DNA of 54,066 nt from Dehalococcoidia bacterium (lineage in GTDB: Bacteria > Chloroflexota > Dehalococcoidia > Dehalococcoidales > W111). The number at the start of each line of letters is the position of its first letter. Position 1 is the first letter of the stretch. A program made the position numbers and the translations under genes. The notes under the pieces were generated by a model. The model worked only from the letters and a program-made list of their open reading frames with translations. It searched no databases and was not told where the DNA came from. The DNA is taken from NCBI GenBank assembly GCA_011191985.1, contig DUEU01000071.1, positions 1,283-55,348 on the forward strand, given 5' to 3'. Shown in pieces: positions 9,359-19,485 of this stretch.

Positions 9359-10777
9359 TCACGCCTCCACTGCTGCCTTCAGGGTAGCCATAATCGCCTT
9401 TATCCGTTTCCTTTTTTTCGGGCTGGCAACAGCGACAGTGCTGCCAACCAGGCAGGCCGTTGACTCGAAAAGACGGTCGATAATACGAAGGTTATGACGG
9501 GAAATCGTCCGTCCCGTCTGGGTATTCTCGATAAGTAAATCGGCGTCTTCCGGCAGAAAGCCTTCGCTGGCCCCCCAGGTCGGCACCACCCGATACCAGC
9601 CGAGGTGGTTATCCCGGGCATACTTATCAGCAATATTAACGTATTCCGAGGCTACCCGTAACGGAAGCTGCCATTCCCGGCTGAGCTTTCCCAGGTCCTC
9701 AACACTGTCAACAACCAGACTTTTGCTGATGACCGCGACGATTTTTACCCCACCAAAGCCAAGGCCCAGAAGCTCGGTGACCGGGCTGGACGGGAACTGG
9801 TAGAGATGCTCCGTCAGCCAATCGCGGCCAGTGATGGCCAAGTCAAAATTCCCATTGGCAACCTGCGAGGGCATATCCTGGGGCCTTATCACCTTAATCC
9901 TGACCCCTTCCAGCTTAGAGGTCGGCCGGCGATTACCGGATGGAGACGGGTAATCGTCAATCTCAATACCAGCCCTGGTTAAAAGGTCAAAAGTGGGCTG
10001 CTGCTGGTGCCCGTCGGGCAAGGCCAGCCAGACGGTATCTTCAGCCAGCGGCCCCACACCGGAACCGTCTTTCTTTGCCGGCGACTTCACCTGGTCGCTC
10101 CGGGGAGTGGCATCCTCACTCCCGGCAAGGCTATGGTAAATTGAGGTCAGCACCTGGCGCATATCCCTAGACTCCCAGCTGTTTTTATTGGCTATCAGAA
10201 AAGCGCTGGAACGGAGGGTCTTGCTCACCGACAGCAGTCCATAGTCAACCAGCTGATCCTCGGTATCCACCGGGATTAAGGCCAGGTCAGCGCCCTCTGG
10301 GGGATATACCTCGGCCGCTCCCCATACCGGGAATATGCTGAAGCGCCTCAGCCGCAGCCGGACGGCAAACGATTCGGCCAGATTGGGATACTCACTGGCG
10401 ATGCGGACAGTGTCCGGCCTCGCCCGTAACCGGGCCAGAGCAGCCGTCCCTGCCGAGCGGCTGGCGGTCATGAGCAGGCTGCTTCGACCGTACCCCAGCT
10501 CTTTTACCTTGACCAGGTTGCTGCTGGGGTACCGGGACAGGAGTTCTTCAATCCAATCCCGTCCGCAGATGCCCAGGTCATAGTTGGCCACGGCTACCTG
10601 AACCGGGATATCCTTTTCATGGAATACCTTTATCGCCAGTTCGGGAAACCTAGTGGACTCGAGACGATAAGACGATGCCCCCTGATGGTAGCCGCTGATT
10701 CCCCAGCCGGCGTTATCGAGCAACCTGGCCGTCTGATTGAGCAGACGTCCCTTAGGCAGCGCCAGCTTTATCGGCAC
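9359..10777 (-). CDS. hisG: ATP phosphoribosyltransferase with two tandem short-form HisG domains
   Basis: Two repeats: ALPKGRL..KDIP..DLGICGRD..ASEYPN..GAAE and ALPDGHQ..QDMP..DLAITGRD..ASEYVN..GASE..QTGRT. Confidence 0.88.
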   Translation of the reverse strand: MPIKLALPKGRLLNQTARLLDNAGWGISGYHQGASSYRLESTRFPELAIKVFHEKDIPVQVAVANYDLGICGRDWIEELLSRYPSSNLVKVKELGYGRSSLLMTASRSAGTAALARLRARPDTVRIASEYPNLAESFAVRLRLRRFSIFPVWGAAEVYPPEGADLALIPVDTEDQLVDYGLLSVSKTLRSSAFLIANKNSWESRDMRQVLTSIYHSLAGSEDATPRSDQVKSPAKKDGSGVGPLAEDTVWLALPDGHQQQPTFDLLTRAGIEIDDYPSPSGNRRPTSKLEGVRIKVIRPQDMPSQVANGNFDLAITGRDWLTEHLYQFPSSPVTELLGLGFGGVKIVAVISKSLVVDSVEDLGKLSREWQLPLRVASEYVNIADKYARDNHLGWYRVVPTWGASEGFLPEDADLLIENTQTGRTISRHNLRIIDRLFESTACLVGSTVAVASPKKRKRIKAIMATLKAAVEA

Positions 10778-12014
10778 CTTTTCCCTCCAGCAAGGCTAAG
10801 ACCTCGGTCGTACTCTGCACTTCGTGTCTTTTCTGCCCGAGCCGGTCAGTAAGAACAAACCGGTCGGGCCCGACTTCCAGGGCCCAGCCAAAATCAGCCG
10901 ACTCCCGGGTACCAAGGTCAAGCTCGGCGATGTATCCGGCCTCACGCAGTTCGCTGACAATACCGAATCCCGGCTTCAGTGCCCGTGACTCATCAGCAGT
11001 AAAGGTAACCAGAACCCGCTGTGCCAGGGGCTGACTCAGGACCTCCGGCGGCAATTGGTTCATCAGCCGGTCAAGGTAAAGGGCAAAACCCGAGGCGGGC
11101 ACATTCTGGCCACCCAACAGCGGTATCAAGGCATCATAGCGTCCCCCGCCGCCTATCTTTTCCCCATTCAGGAATAGCTGGAAGGTCATGCCGGTGTAGT
11201 ACTCAAAGCCAGTGCCGGCGGTAATATCAATATGGTAATCATAACCCAGGGTGTCTAGCAGGCTGACCACCTCAATAAAGTCATCTACATGCGTTTCGAG
11301 CCGGGGCAGTTCATGATTAAACAGCGCCTTGAAGTTATGCAGAAAGCCAGATGATTTGCCCTTAAGGTCGAGCAATTGGGACATTACCCTGCCCAGTTCC
11401 GGGCTCTTTGGCTTTATCCTGGCCAGCGCGGCCGTGTCACCGCCCAGAATCTGGTCAAACACCTTTATCTGCTCACTGCGGCTCAACCCGAGCTCCTCAA
11501 GCAGGGTCCTTATCAGGCCAACGTGCGACAACCTCAGCTCTACCGTGCCTATCCGCAGCTTACTCAGCACTTCACGGGCTAGCGTTATCAGCTCTACATC
11601 GGCCAAGGCAGAACCAGCACCGATAAGTTCGGCGCCACACTGCCAGCGTTCCCGCGATTCGGCACCGGTCTCCTCAAACATAAAGACATTGGCAATATAG
11701 AAAAGCTTGGCCAGTGCCGTACTTTCCATACCTTCAATATAGAGCCGGGCGACAGGGATGGTGCCATCGGGCCTCAGGACAACCCGCTCGCCGCTCCAAC
11801 CATCCCAGTCCAAAAAGGAGTATACACGGCGCAAGGTACCCGGTGTAAGCGTTCCCGCTGCCGTAAACAGGTGGAGGTACTCAACGGTCGGCGTTCTTGC
11901 TTCCTCATAGCCCGCTTTAAGGCAACAGTCCCGGAATGTCTCCTCAATGTGGCGAAACCGCCGCATATCTCCGGGGGATAGGTCACGGCTGCCCTTGCAT
12001 CTCTGAATTTTCAC
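10752..12014 (-). CDS. hisZ: ATP phosphoribosyltransferase regulatory subunit (HisRS-like)
   Basis: VLRPDGTIPVAR, QCGAELIG, EYYTG, GGGRYD; overlaps hisG; GTG 12014 follows GAGGGTGA. Confidence 0.85.
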   Translation of the reverse strand: MKIQRCKGSRDLSPGDMRRFRHIEETFRDCCLKAGYEEARTPTVEYLHLFTAAGTLTPGTLRRVYSFLDWDGWSGERVVLRPDGTIPVARLYIEGMESTALAKLFYIANVFMFEETGAESRERWQCGAELIGAGSALADVELITLAREVLSKLRIGTVELRLSHVGLIRTLLEELGLSRSEQIKVFDQILGGDTAALARIKPKSPELGRVMSQLLDLKGKSSGFLHNFKALFNHELPRLETHVDDFIEVVSLLDTLGYDYHIDITAGTGFEYYTGMTFQLFLNGEKIGGGGRYDALIPLLGGQNVPASGFALYLDRLMNQLPPEVLSQPLAQRVLVTFTADESRALKPGFGIVSELREAGYIAELDLGTRESADFGWALEVGPDRFVLTDRLGQKRHEVQSTTEVLALLEGKGADKAGAA

Positions 12015-12180
12015 ATCACCCTCTCTACAGTAGCCGATAAATTTTACACCATACGCCATAGCTATTCAACCGGGCCCTGCCGCTATTGATACGGTGCCCT
12101 TGACAACTCCCACCTCCATTGCAATGATACCTCAAGCCCGATATGATATAATGAATATAAATTCAGGGATAAACTAAAAC

Positions 12181-13491
12181 ATGGCCAGAATCGTTCGCAT
12201 TCTACTCCTAACCGGCCTGATTGTCGCGGTCTTTATCTCGGCCAGAGCACAGGCCGCCACCGACGATATCGTGGTGCTTGAGATTGAAGGCACCATAAAC
12301 CCGGTCGTCGCCGAGTACATCCAGAACGGTATTGAAAAAGCCGAAGAGGCCGATGCCATGGCCTGCGTTATCCAGATGGACACCCCGGGTGGCCTGGACA
12401 CCGCCATGCGGGACATCGTGCAGGCCATTCTTAACGCCGACATCCCGGTAATTGTATATGTATCGCCATCGGGGGCCCGGGCCGCCTCGGCAGGAACCTA
12501 TATCACCCTAGCCGGCCATGTTGCCGCCATGGCACCGAGTACGGCCATCGGAGCGGCCACTCCGGTATCGCTGGGCAGCGGCGGTGAGGCGGAAATATCC
12601 GACGAAATGCAGAGAAAGATTATCAATGATGCGGTGGCCTATATTATCGGCCTCGCCGAGAACCACGGGCGCAATGCGGAATGGGCCGAGGACGCTGTCA
12701 GAAAGGGTGTTTCGGCCTCAGAGCAGGAGGCCCTGGAACTCGGTGTCATCGAAATCATTGCCAGTAATCTTGACGACCTGGTATCACAGCTCGATGGCTG
12801 GGAGGTAACCATGCTCGATGAGAGTGTGGTGACCCTGCACACGGAGGGGGCCAGCATCAAGTTCATCAAGATGACCCTGGTTCAGGATTTCCTGCACACG
12901 ATAGCCGACCCCAACATCGCCTTTATACTGCTAAGTCTGGCCACACTCGGCATATTTATTGAAATCACCAACCCGGGGCTTATTTTCCCGGGCGTGGTCG
13001 GTGCTATCTGCGGTATACTGGCCTTCTATTCACTGGGCCAGCTGCCAGTAAACTGGGCCGGGGTCCTGCTCATCGTGCTCGCCTTTGGTCTCTTTGTCGG
13101 CGAGGTGCTCACCTCAACCTTCGGTCTGTTCACCGCCGGCGGCGTCGTAGCCCTGGTCTTAGGTGCTCTAATTTTAATTCCGGGAGGCTCTCCAGTGTTT
13201 GAACCAGTTAATCCCTGGCTAATCGCCGTGGTGACCATCTGTATTGCCGGTCTGTTCGCCTTCGTCATCAATCGGATTATCCGAGCCCACCGCCGTCAGG
13301 CGTCAACCGGCCGGGAAGAACTAGTGGGCAAGAAAGCCGTGGCCAAGACAGTTCTCGACCCCGAGGGGATAGTCTTTTTCAAGGGTGAACGCTGGAATGC
13401 AACCTCGGAATCGGGACGGGTGGAACCCAAAGAAGAGGTAATCATTACCAGGGTGGACAGCCTGAACCTGTGGGTAACCAAAAAAGAATAA
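12181..13491 (+). CDS. nfeD: NfeD long-form membrane-bound serine protease
   Basis: DTPGG, RAASAG, IGAATP ClpP-like domain, TM region, C-terminal OB domain (GERWNA). Confidence 0.9.
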   Translation: MARIVRILLLTGLIVAVFISARAQAATDDIVVLEIEGTINPVVAEYIQNGIEKAEEADAMACVIQMDTPGGLDTAMRDIVQAILNADIPVIVYVSPSGARAASAGTYITLAGHVAAMAPSTAIGAATPVSLGSGGEAEISDEMQRKIINDAVAYIIGLAENHGRNAEWAEDAVRKGVSASEQEALELGVIEIIASNLDDLVSQLDGWEVTMLDESVVTLHTEGASIKFIKMTLVQDFLHTIADPNIAFILLSLATLGIFIEITNPGLIFPGVVGAICGILAFYSLGQLPVNWAGVLLIVLAFGLFVGEVLTSTFGLFTAGGVVALVLGALILIPGGSPVFEPVNPWLIAVVTICIAGLFAFVINRIIRAHRRQASTGREELVGKKAVAKTVLDPEGIVFFKGERWNATSESGRVEPKEEVIITRVDSLNLWVTKKE

Positions 13492-13551
13492 ATACCGGTA
13501 CAGCCGGTTCTCCCCGAATATTACCGTAGCCCAATCATAGCTCCGAGGAGG

Positions 13552-13860
13552 TTGAAATTGCCTCAAATAGGGTCACCAGACGTATGGCTTATTGTTTTAG
13601 TCGTCGTAGCCCTGGCTGCCTTCGTTGCCGTCAGTATCATCTGGGGTATCCGCGCCCATCGGTCGCAAATACTGGCTGGCAGAGAGGACCTGGTAGGTAA
13701 AATTGCCGAGGCCAAGACGGTGATGAGGCCCAAGGGAACCGTTTTCGTTGAGGGTGAACACTGGACGGCGATATCAGAGAAAGGCCGGGTAGAACCCGGG
13801 GAGGAGGTGATTATCACAAAGGTCGATGGCCTTAAACTGTGGATAACCAAAAAAGAGTAA
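13552..13860 (+). CDS. short NfeD-like protein (TM + OB fold)
   Basis: Near-copy of the upstream NfeD C-terminus (GREDLVGK..GEHWTA..LWITKKE); GAGGAGG RBS; TTG 13558 is an alternative start. Confidence 0.85.
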   Translation: MKLPQIGSPDVWLIVLVVVALAAFVAVSIIWGIRAHRSQILAGREDLVGKIAEAKTVMRPKGTVFVEGEHWTAISEKGRVEPGEEVIITKVDGLKLWITKKE

Positions 13861-13869
13861 AGGAGATGC

Positions 13870-14658
13870 ATGCCAATGGGTAACATAGTCATCATCGTAA
13901 TAATTGTTCTATTTGTGCTTATACTCATCCCGATGACGGTAAAAATTGTCGCCGAGTATGAGCGGGGGGTCATCTTCCGCCTGGGGCGGCTGGTTGGGGC
14001 CAGGGGCCCGGGCCTCTTCCTGATTATCCCCTTCGTTGACCGCATGGTGAAGGTTGACCTGCGGGTGGTTACCATGGATGTCCCACCGCAGGACGTCATC
14101 ACCAAGGACAATGTTACCGTCAGGGTGAACGCCGTGGTGTACTTCCGGGTGGTCGACCCCGAGGCCTCGGTGGTTAAGATTCTGGACCACATCCGGGGCA
14201 CCTCGCAGATTTCCCAGACAACGCTACGCAACGTACTGGGCCAGTCAGAGCTGGATGACCTGCTGACCGCCCGGGAGAAGATAAACCAAACCCTGCAGCA
14301 GATAATCGACGAGCACACCGACCCCTGGGGAGTCAAGGTAAGCACGGTAGAGATTAAAGACGTTGAGCTTCCGGAAACAATGAGGCGTTCCATGGCCGCT
14401 CAGGCAGAGGCAGAGCGTGAGAGACGGGCCAAAATCATCCATGCCGACGGCGAGTTTCAAGCCTCGGAGAGGCTGGCCGAAGCCGGCGCCGTCATTGCCA
14501 AGGAGCCAACAACCCTGCAGCTTCGCTACCTGCAAACACTCACCGAGATAGCCTCGGAGAGAAACAGCACCATAATCTTCCCGTTGCCGATAGACATGTT
14601 TAAAGCCTTTGCCGGTCTCGGTGCCAGCAAGCCCCCGGAAGAGAAGAAGTCACGATAA
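13870..14658 (+). CDS. SPFH/stomatin (slipin) family protein
   Basis: [47 protein letters not shown]. Confidence 0.93.
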   Translation: MPMGNIVIIVIIVLFVLILIPMTVKIVAEYERGVIFRLGRLVGARGPGLFLIIPFVDRMVKVDLRVVTMDVPPQDVITKDNVTVRVNAVVYFRVVDPEASVVKILDHIRGTSQISQTTLRNVLGQSELDDLLTAREKINQTLQQIIDEHTDPWGVKVSTVEIKDVELPETMRRSMAAQAEAERERRAKIIHADGEFQASERLAEAGAVIAKEPTTLQLRYLQTLTEIASERNSTIIFPLPIDMFKAFAGLGASKPPEEKKSR

Positions 14659-14664
14659 TCAAGT

Positions 14665-14702
14665 AAAAAAGCCTGGAGCCCGCTATATGAGCGGGCTCCG
14701 GG
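14665..14702 (-). terminator. intrinsic terminator between convergent SPFH gene and birA
   Basis: 13-bp stem CCTGGAGCCCGCT/AGCGGGCTCCGGG (one imperfect pair) with A6 at 14665-14670, giving a U-tract on the minus strand. Confidence 0.75.
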
Positions 14703-14714
14703 TGCTACCTGGAG

Positions 14715-15494
14715 CTAGTAGCGCAGGGATACGTCACCGGCGACGATTTTAAGCTGCTTCCCGTCAGATTGCCGCAGCAGCAGACTGCCGTCCCTGGCCA
14801 CCGATTCGGCTATACCCTGGTATAACTTTTCCCCTTCGGTCACCCGAACGTCCTTACCCAGCATTACCAGATTGTCACGCCACGCCTCGAAAGCAGACCC
14901 CCCCGCCCGGAGGGTTAAATATAGCCTCTCTACTTCAACCAGTAGGTGGCGCACTATGTCCCGGCGGGAAACATCCCTTCCCGTCTCGGCAACAAGGCTG
15001 GTGGCGGTTGCCGCAATCTCCGGGAAATCGGATAGCCTTATATTAACGTTTATCCCCATGCTGACAGTGGAATAGTCAACCTTATCCCCCCGTACCTCGC
15101 TTTCAATCAAGATACCGCAGACCTTCTTGCCATTAATCAGCACATCGTTGGGCCACTTGATTCCTGGCTCTAATCCAGTGACTGCCCTGGTGCTGTTGAC
15201 CACGGCCAGTGAGGCCAGCATGATGAGGGACGGCAGATGGGCAACGTCGGGATAGAGGATAATAGACAGGGCAATGCTGCCCCGGGGTGATAACCATGAG
15301 CGTCCCCGCCGCCCCCGGCCTCCCGTCTGTTCCCCGGTGATGATAACGGTCCCCTCGGCGGCCTCCTGCCGGGCTTCCCGCCTGGCCACATCTATTGTTG
15401 ACTTCAACCGGCGGTAGTATATAGTCCTCTGCCCGACAAAGCGGGTGCCCAGACCACGGGTAATGGACTGTGCCGAAAGGTCATCTGCGGTCAT
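14715..15494 (-). CDS. birA: biotin--protein ligase (no N-terminal HTH)
   Basis: QTGGRGRRGRSW, KWPND, KKVCGILIE. Confidence 0.93.
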   Translation of the reverse strand: MTADDLSAQSITRGLGTRFVGQRTIYYRRLKSTIDVARREARQEAAEGTVIITGEQTGGRGRRGRSWLSPRGSIALSIILYPDVAHLPSLIMLASLAVVNSTRAVTGLEPGIKWPNDVLINGKKVCGILIESEVRGDKVDYSTVSMGINVNIRLSDFPEIAATATSLVAETGRDVSRRDIVRHLLVEVERLYLTLRAGGSAFEAWRDNLVMLGKDVRVTEGEKLYQGIAESVARDGSLLLRQSDGKQLKIVAGDVSLRY

Positions 15495-15763
15495 TTCAAG
15501 CTACCCTCATATCACACCGACCATACAAAATGCTACCACTATAATAACATATGCCAACTCCAAAAAATTGACACCGGCTGAAGGCGAAGTATATTATTCT
15601 AGCAAGGCCTACTTACCCGAGAACGACTGAATCACGGCGCAGCGACTCTCCCAGGTGACCAAAAAGAGTTCCGACGAGATTGAAGCCTTCAGGAACTACC
15701 TCAATCTCTGGACTCTGTTGCGGCCATGCCCGACTCTATTAGCGGGTTAAAAAGCGCGCTTTT

Positions 15764-17446
15764 ATGTCATTATCAATGAGAATAGTGCCTACAGGATACC
15801 GAGAAGCTAGCAAAGAAGCCCCCTGCAAACGTGCTTGTCTGGCGGGAGTGGATATTCCGCGCTACATTCGCTTAATCAGGCTAGGTAAATATGATAAGGC
15901 ACTGGCCGTTATCCGCGAAAGAAACCCCTTCCCGTCAGTCTGCGGTCGTGTCTGTCCAGCCCCCTGCGAGAAGGCATGTCAGGCACACCATAACCACCTA
16001 GGTGGACCGGTAGCCATCAACGCTCTCAAGCGTTTTGTCGCCGAACGGGGCTCAACGGCCGGCCCGCTATCGGTAAACGAACCATCCGGTAAACGGGTGG
16101 CCGTCGTCGGTTCCGGCCCGGCCGGGCTGACCGCCAGCTATTACCTCGCCGGGCTTGGCCATGAGGTGACCGTTCTGGAGGCCTTACCGGTGGCCGGCGG
16201 CATGATGCGGGTGGGTATCCCAGAGTACCGCCTGCCCCGGGAAGTGCTGGACAAAGAGATAGATGAGATAAAGCGAGCTGGTGTCACCATCAAGACAGAC
16301 ACCAGGGTCAATTCCCTGGATGAACTGCTGGAGCAGTATGATGCTGTTTTCCTGGCGCTGGGGGCCCACCGTGGCCTCGGGCTGATGGTGGAAGGAGAGG
16401 ACAATCAAGGGATAGAGCCAGCGATAAACTTTTTGAGAGAGGTAAGCCTGGGTAAAGGGGTGAATCTGGGAGATAGTGTCGCCATTATCGGTGGTAAATA
16501 CGCCGCCATAGATAGCGCCCGAACCGCCCTTCGCCTCGGCAGTCGGGAAGTTACCGTAATCTACGCCGGCACCAGAGAAAAGCTACAAGCTGGCCAGGAA
16601 GAGGTAGCGGCCGCCATCCAAGAAGGTGTAAAGATAGTGTTTTCAGCGGTACCGCAGAGTATAAGACGGCAAAACGGTAAACTGCGTTTATCGTGCTCCC
16701 GTACGGAGATGGCCAAACCCGATGAGAGTGGCCAGCAGCAACCTATGCCGGTTAAAGGTGGTGACTTTTCCCTGAAATGCGATGCCATACTGGCTGCCAT
16801 CGGGGAGACCTCCGATGTTCCCAGCCAGTATGGCTTGGAGATGGGCAAGGGAAACACCATCCAGGTCGATAACCAACATACACTGGCTACCAGCCGACCG
16901 GGCGTTTTTGCCGGTGGTGATGCGGTTACCGGCCCATCCTCGGTGATTGCGGCCATCGCCGCCGGCAGGCGGGCGGCCATTTCCATAGACAAGTACCTTG
17001 GTGGCAGCGGCAATATTGATATTGATGAGACAAGTATCGCTCCTAATGAAGAATTGCCAGCGCCGGTGCGCGGCGTTACTGTCGGCCAACGGGCCGCGAT
17101 GCCAACGCTACCTCTCAAAAAGAGGTTGTCCGGTTTTAATGAGGTGGAGCTTGGCCTTGACGAAGCCGCTACCACGGGCGAGTCTACCCGGTGTCTCTGG
17201 TGCGACCTGCCGATCCTGGCTGACCCGACAAAATGCGTCGGCTGCCTCAGGTGCGCCCTGATGTGCAGCTTCCGGTTCGAAGGGGCATTCCACCCCGGCT
17301 ATGCCCGGATTAAAATCGTCCCCCCGGACCGCTCCACGCCGCCCGGTGAGCCCGAAATTTTCTTCAGCGACGATTGTGACGGTTGTGGCATCTGCGTCAG
17401 AACCTGTTCTTACGGCGCTTTGACCCGTGAAAAAAGGCGAGCCTGA
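15764..17446 (+). CDS. GltD/NfnB-like FAD/Fe-S oxidoreductase fused to a C-terminal 4Fe-4S dicluster
   Basis: APCKRAC, CGRVCPAPCE, VGSGPAGL, GIPEYRLP, FAGGD, then CVGCLRC..C and CDGCGICVRTC. Confidence 0.85.
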   Translation: MSLSMRIVPTGYREASKEAPCKRACLAGVDIPRYIRLIRLGKYDKALAVIRERNPFPSVCGRVCPAPCEKACQAHHNHLGGPVAINALKRFVAERGSTAGPLSVNEPSGKRVAVVGSGPAGLTASYYLAGLGHEVTVLEALPVAGGMMRVGIPEYRLPREVLDKEIDEIKRAGVTIKTDTRVNSLDELLEQYDAVFLALGAHRGLGLMVEGEDNQGIEPAINFLREVSLGKGVNLGDSVAIIGGKYAAIDSARTALRLGSREVTVIYAGTREKLQAGQEEVAAAIQEGVKIVFSAVPQSIRRQNGKLRLSCSRTEMAKPDESGQQQPMPVKGGDFSLKCDAILAAIGETSDVPSQYGLEMGKGNTIQVDNQHTLATSRPGVFAGGDAVTGPSSVIAAIAAGRRAAISIDKYLGGSGNIDIDETSIAPNEELPAPVRGVTVGQRAAMPTLPLKKRLSGFNEVELGLDEAATTGESTRCLWCDLPILADPTKCVGCLRCALMCSFRFEGAFHPGYARIKIVPPDRSTPPGEPEIFFSDDCDGCGICVRTCSYGALTREKRRA

Positions 17447-17483
17447 CGAAGACATCACAATATATGGCAAAGGAGAAGCTCCA

Positions 17484-19451
17484 ATGCAATCCAACGGGTA
17501 TATGGGAAAGATGCTCTCCGTAGACTTAACCACCGGAAATATACGAGAGGCAGACCTTACCCCGGATATTACCAGCCGGTATGTTGGTGCCTTCGGTATC
17601 AGTGCCCGGATGGCCTATGATCTTATAGCGCCCGGTATCGACCCGCTCTCACCGCAAAACTACATCATCATTGGTGCCGGCCTGCTGGTGGGGACACCAT
17701 GCCCATCGACACCAAAGTGTAATGCCTGGACAAAATTCCCGCTAACCAATACCATCGGACCGGGCAGCAGCTCCATAGGACTGGCCAGCCGGCTCAAGCA
17801 CGCCGGGTACGATGAGCTGATTATTTCCGGGCGAGCCGACCGGCCGGTCTATCTAAAGATCTCCGACGAAGGTGTGGAAATCTGCGACGCTGCTGACCTG
17901 TGGGGTAAGGACAGCTTCGAAGTTACCGATGAAATGTGGCAAAGATATGGCATTGACTACAGCATCGTCTCCATCGGTCAGGCCAGCGAGAACCTGGCGA
18001 AGATCTCGCTGGCCATAGTCGACAAGAGCGGCACATTGGGCCGGCACGGCTTCGGTGCCGTGATGGGCTCCAAGAACCTGAAGCTGATAGCGATCGGTGG
18101 CAAGAAAAAAGTACCGGTCGCTGACCCGGCCAGGTTTATGGAGCCGGTCGACCAGATAATGACCGATATCATGAACTGGCCGATACGGGATGATATCGTG
18201 AGGATAGGACTTGCCGAGTATGGCTTTGATACCGTTTTTCGCGGGCAGTTACTAGGTTACTACAACGAAGCACCCGATAATCTGACTGCCGCCAGAGAGA
18301 AATTTGGACCCGAGGTATACCTTCATAGGGTGCTAAAGTCAAGGCTTGGCTGCCACTCCTGCCCTATCGCCTGTCGGGATGTTGACCAGGTGGTACAGGG
18401 GGAGTATCAGGGGCTGATAACATTCCAGCCTCACCCGGCCCACTGCGAGGGTATTCGCCTGGCATTCCAGAACTTCGAAGAGGCCACCAATTTTGTCCAT
18501 GTTTCGCAAATCTACGGAATTGACCGGATGTCATTTATGGCGGGTGCCCAGTTTCTTGTTGATTTACACAAGCGGGGCATCATAACCAAGGATGACCTTG
18601 AGGGTATTGAGATAGGTAATGAGAAGAGTTTAACCAACCTGCTCGAGAAAGTGGCCTTCAGGCAGGGAGTGGGCGACGCGCTAGCTGATGGTATCCAGGG
18701 GGTAGTTAAACGATTCGGCCAGGAATGTGAAAAATATGCCTACTGCATTAAGGGTGGTGAGCTCTGGCGTGATGCCAGAACGGACAGTCTGCATCCCGCC
18801 ATGCTAGGGGCAGTAGTATCACCCCACGTTTTTGGTAATTCCAAAAGCGGCGGTCCGGGGCCAGGCAGGTCCGTAGCCAGAGAGAAGGCAAAAGAAATAT
18901 TTCGGAGATACGGCGAGCAGACAGCCATACCACCAGACACTATGAACAGAATCCTTGATACCCCCTTCAATGTCAACGTGGCCCGGTTTTTAAGACACAG
19001 CGAAGATATCTTCACCATCTATGAGGATCTAGGCTTGTGCCTGCACGCCCCGCCTTTCTTCAGCATGGAAAGGCTGGCCAATCTTTACTCAGCGGCCACT
19101 GGGATTGAAATGGATGCTGGCGAGCTAAAAAGAGCTGGAGAGAGAGCCTGGAACCTGCTGAAGGCACTTAATGCCAGAGAGGGCTTTTCCCGAGAGGATG
19201 ACAAATTCCCCCTAAAGTGGCTGGAGCCTCTGAAGCGCGGAGACGAGGTCATCCGGATGAAGGATTTCTTGGGAATTAAGGTCCTTACCTCCGATGACCT
19301 GGAGCAGATGCTGGATGACTACTATGACGAAAGAGGCTGGAATATAGAGACGGGGTTACCAACCAGAGAGAAGCTGGTGGAACTTGATCTTGAGGACATC
19401 GCCGATGACCTGGCCAAGCGAGGAATTCTCCCTACCAAGCATCTAAAATGA
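17484..19451 (+). CDS. aldehyde:ferredoxin oxidoreductase (AOR/WOR) family W/Mo-pterin enzyme
   Basis: GYMGKMLSVDLTTG, LKHAGYD, GAVMGSKNLK, CHSCPIAC, YYDERGW..GLPT; ATG 17484 follows AAGGAG. Confidence 0.9.
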   Translation: MQSNGYMGKMLSVDLTTGNIREADLTPDITSRYVGAFGISARMAYDLIAPGIDPLSPQNYIIIGAGLLVGTPCPSTPKCNAWTKFPLTNTIGPGSSSIGLASRLKHAGYDELIISGRADRPVYLKISDEGVEICDAADLWGKDSFEVTDEMWQRYGIDYSIVSIGQASENLAKISLAIVDKSGTLGRHGFGAVMGSKNLKLIAIGGKKKVPVADPARFMEPVDQIMTDIMNWPIRDDIVRIGLAEYGFDTVFRGQLLGYYNEAPDNLTAAREKFGPEVYLHRVLKSRLGCHSCPIACRDVDQVVQGEYQGLITFQPHPAHCEGIRLAFQNFEEATNFVHVSQIYGIDRMSFMAGAQFLVDLHKRGIITKDDLEGIEIGNEKSLTNLLEKVAFRQGVGDALADGIQGVVKRFGQECEKYAYCIKGGELWRDARTDSLHPAMLGAVVSPHVFGNSKSGGPGPGRSVAREKAKEIFRRYGEQTAIPPDTMNRILDTPFNVNVARFLRHSEDIFTIYEDLGLCLHAPPFFSMERLANLYSAATGIEMDAGELKRAGERAWNLLKALNAREGFSREDDKFPLKWLEPLKRGDEVIRMKDFLGIKVLTSDDLEQMLDDYYDERGWNIETGLPTREKLVELDLEDIADDLAKRGILPTKHLK

Positions 19452-19485
19452 CGCATAATATTTGTAAAAAGGAGGCATTACTTCG

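Noticed and set aside
12015-12180. His-rich leader or T-box upstream of hisZ
   Set aside because: No His-codon run, terminator or T-box consensus seen in this short divergent spacer.
13563-14393. Long antisense ORFs here and elsewhere (e.g. 16561-17175, 19443-20057, 52045-52644)
   Set aside because: Shadow frames opposite well-supported genes, with no motifs of their own.
15445-15750. Frame continuing past TGA 15628-15630 (YLPEND*ITAQRLSQVTKKSSDEIEAFRNYLNL) as a third selenoprotein
   Set aside because: No convincing SECIS hairpin, start site or recognisable family; at most a gene remnant at the edge of the catabolic block.
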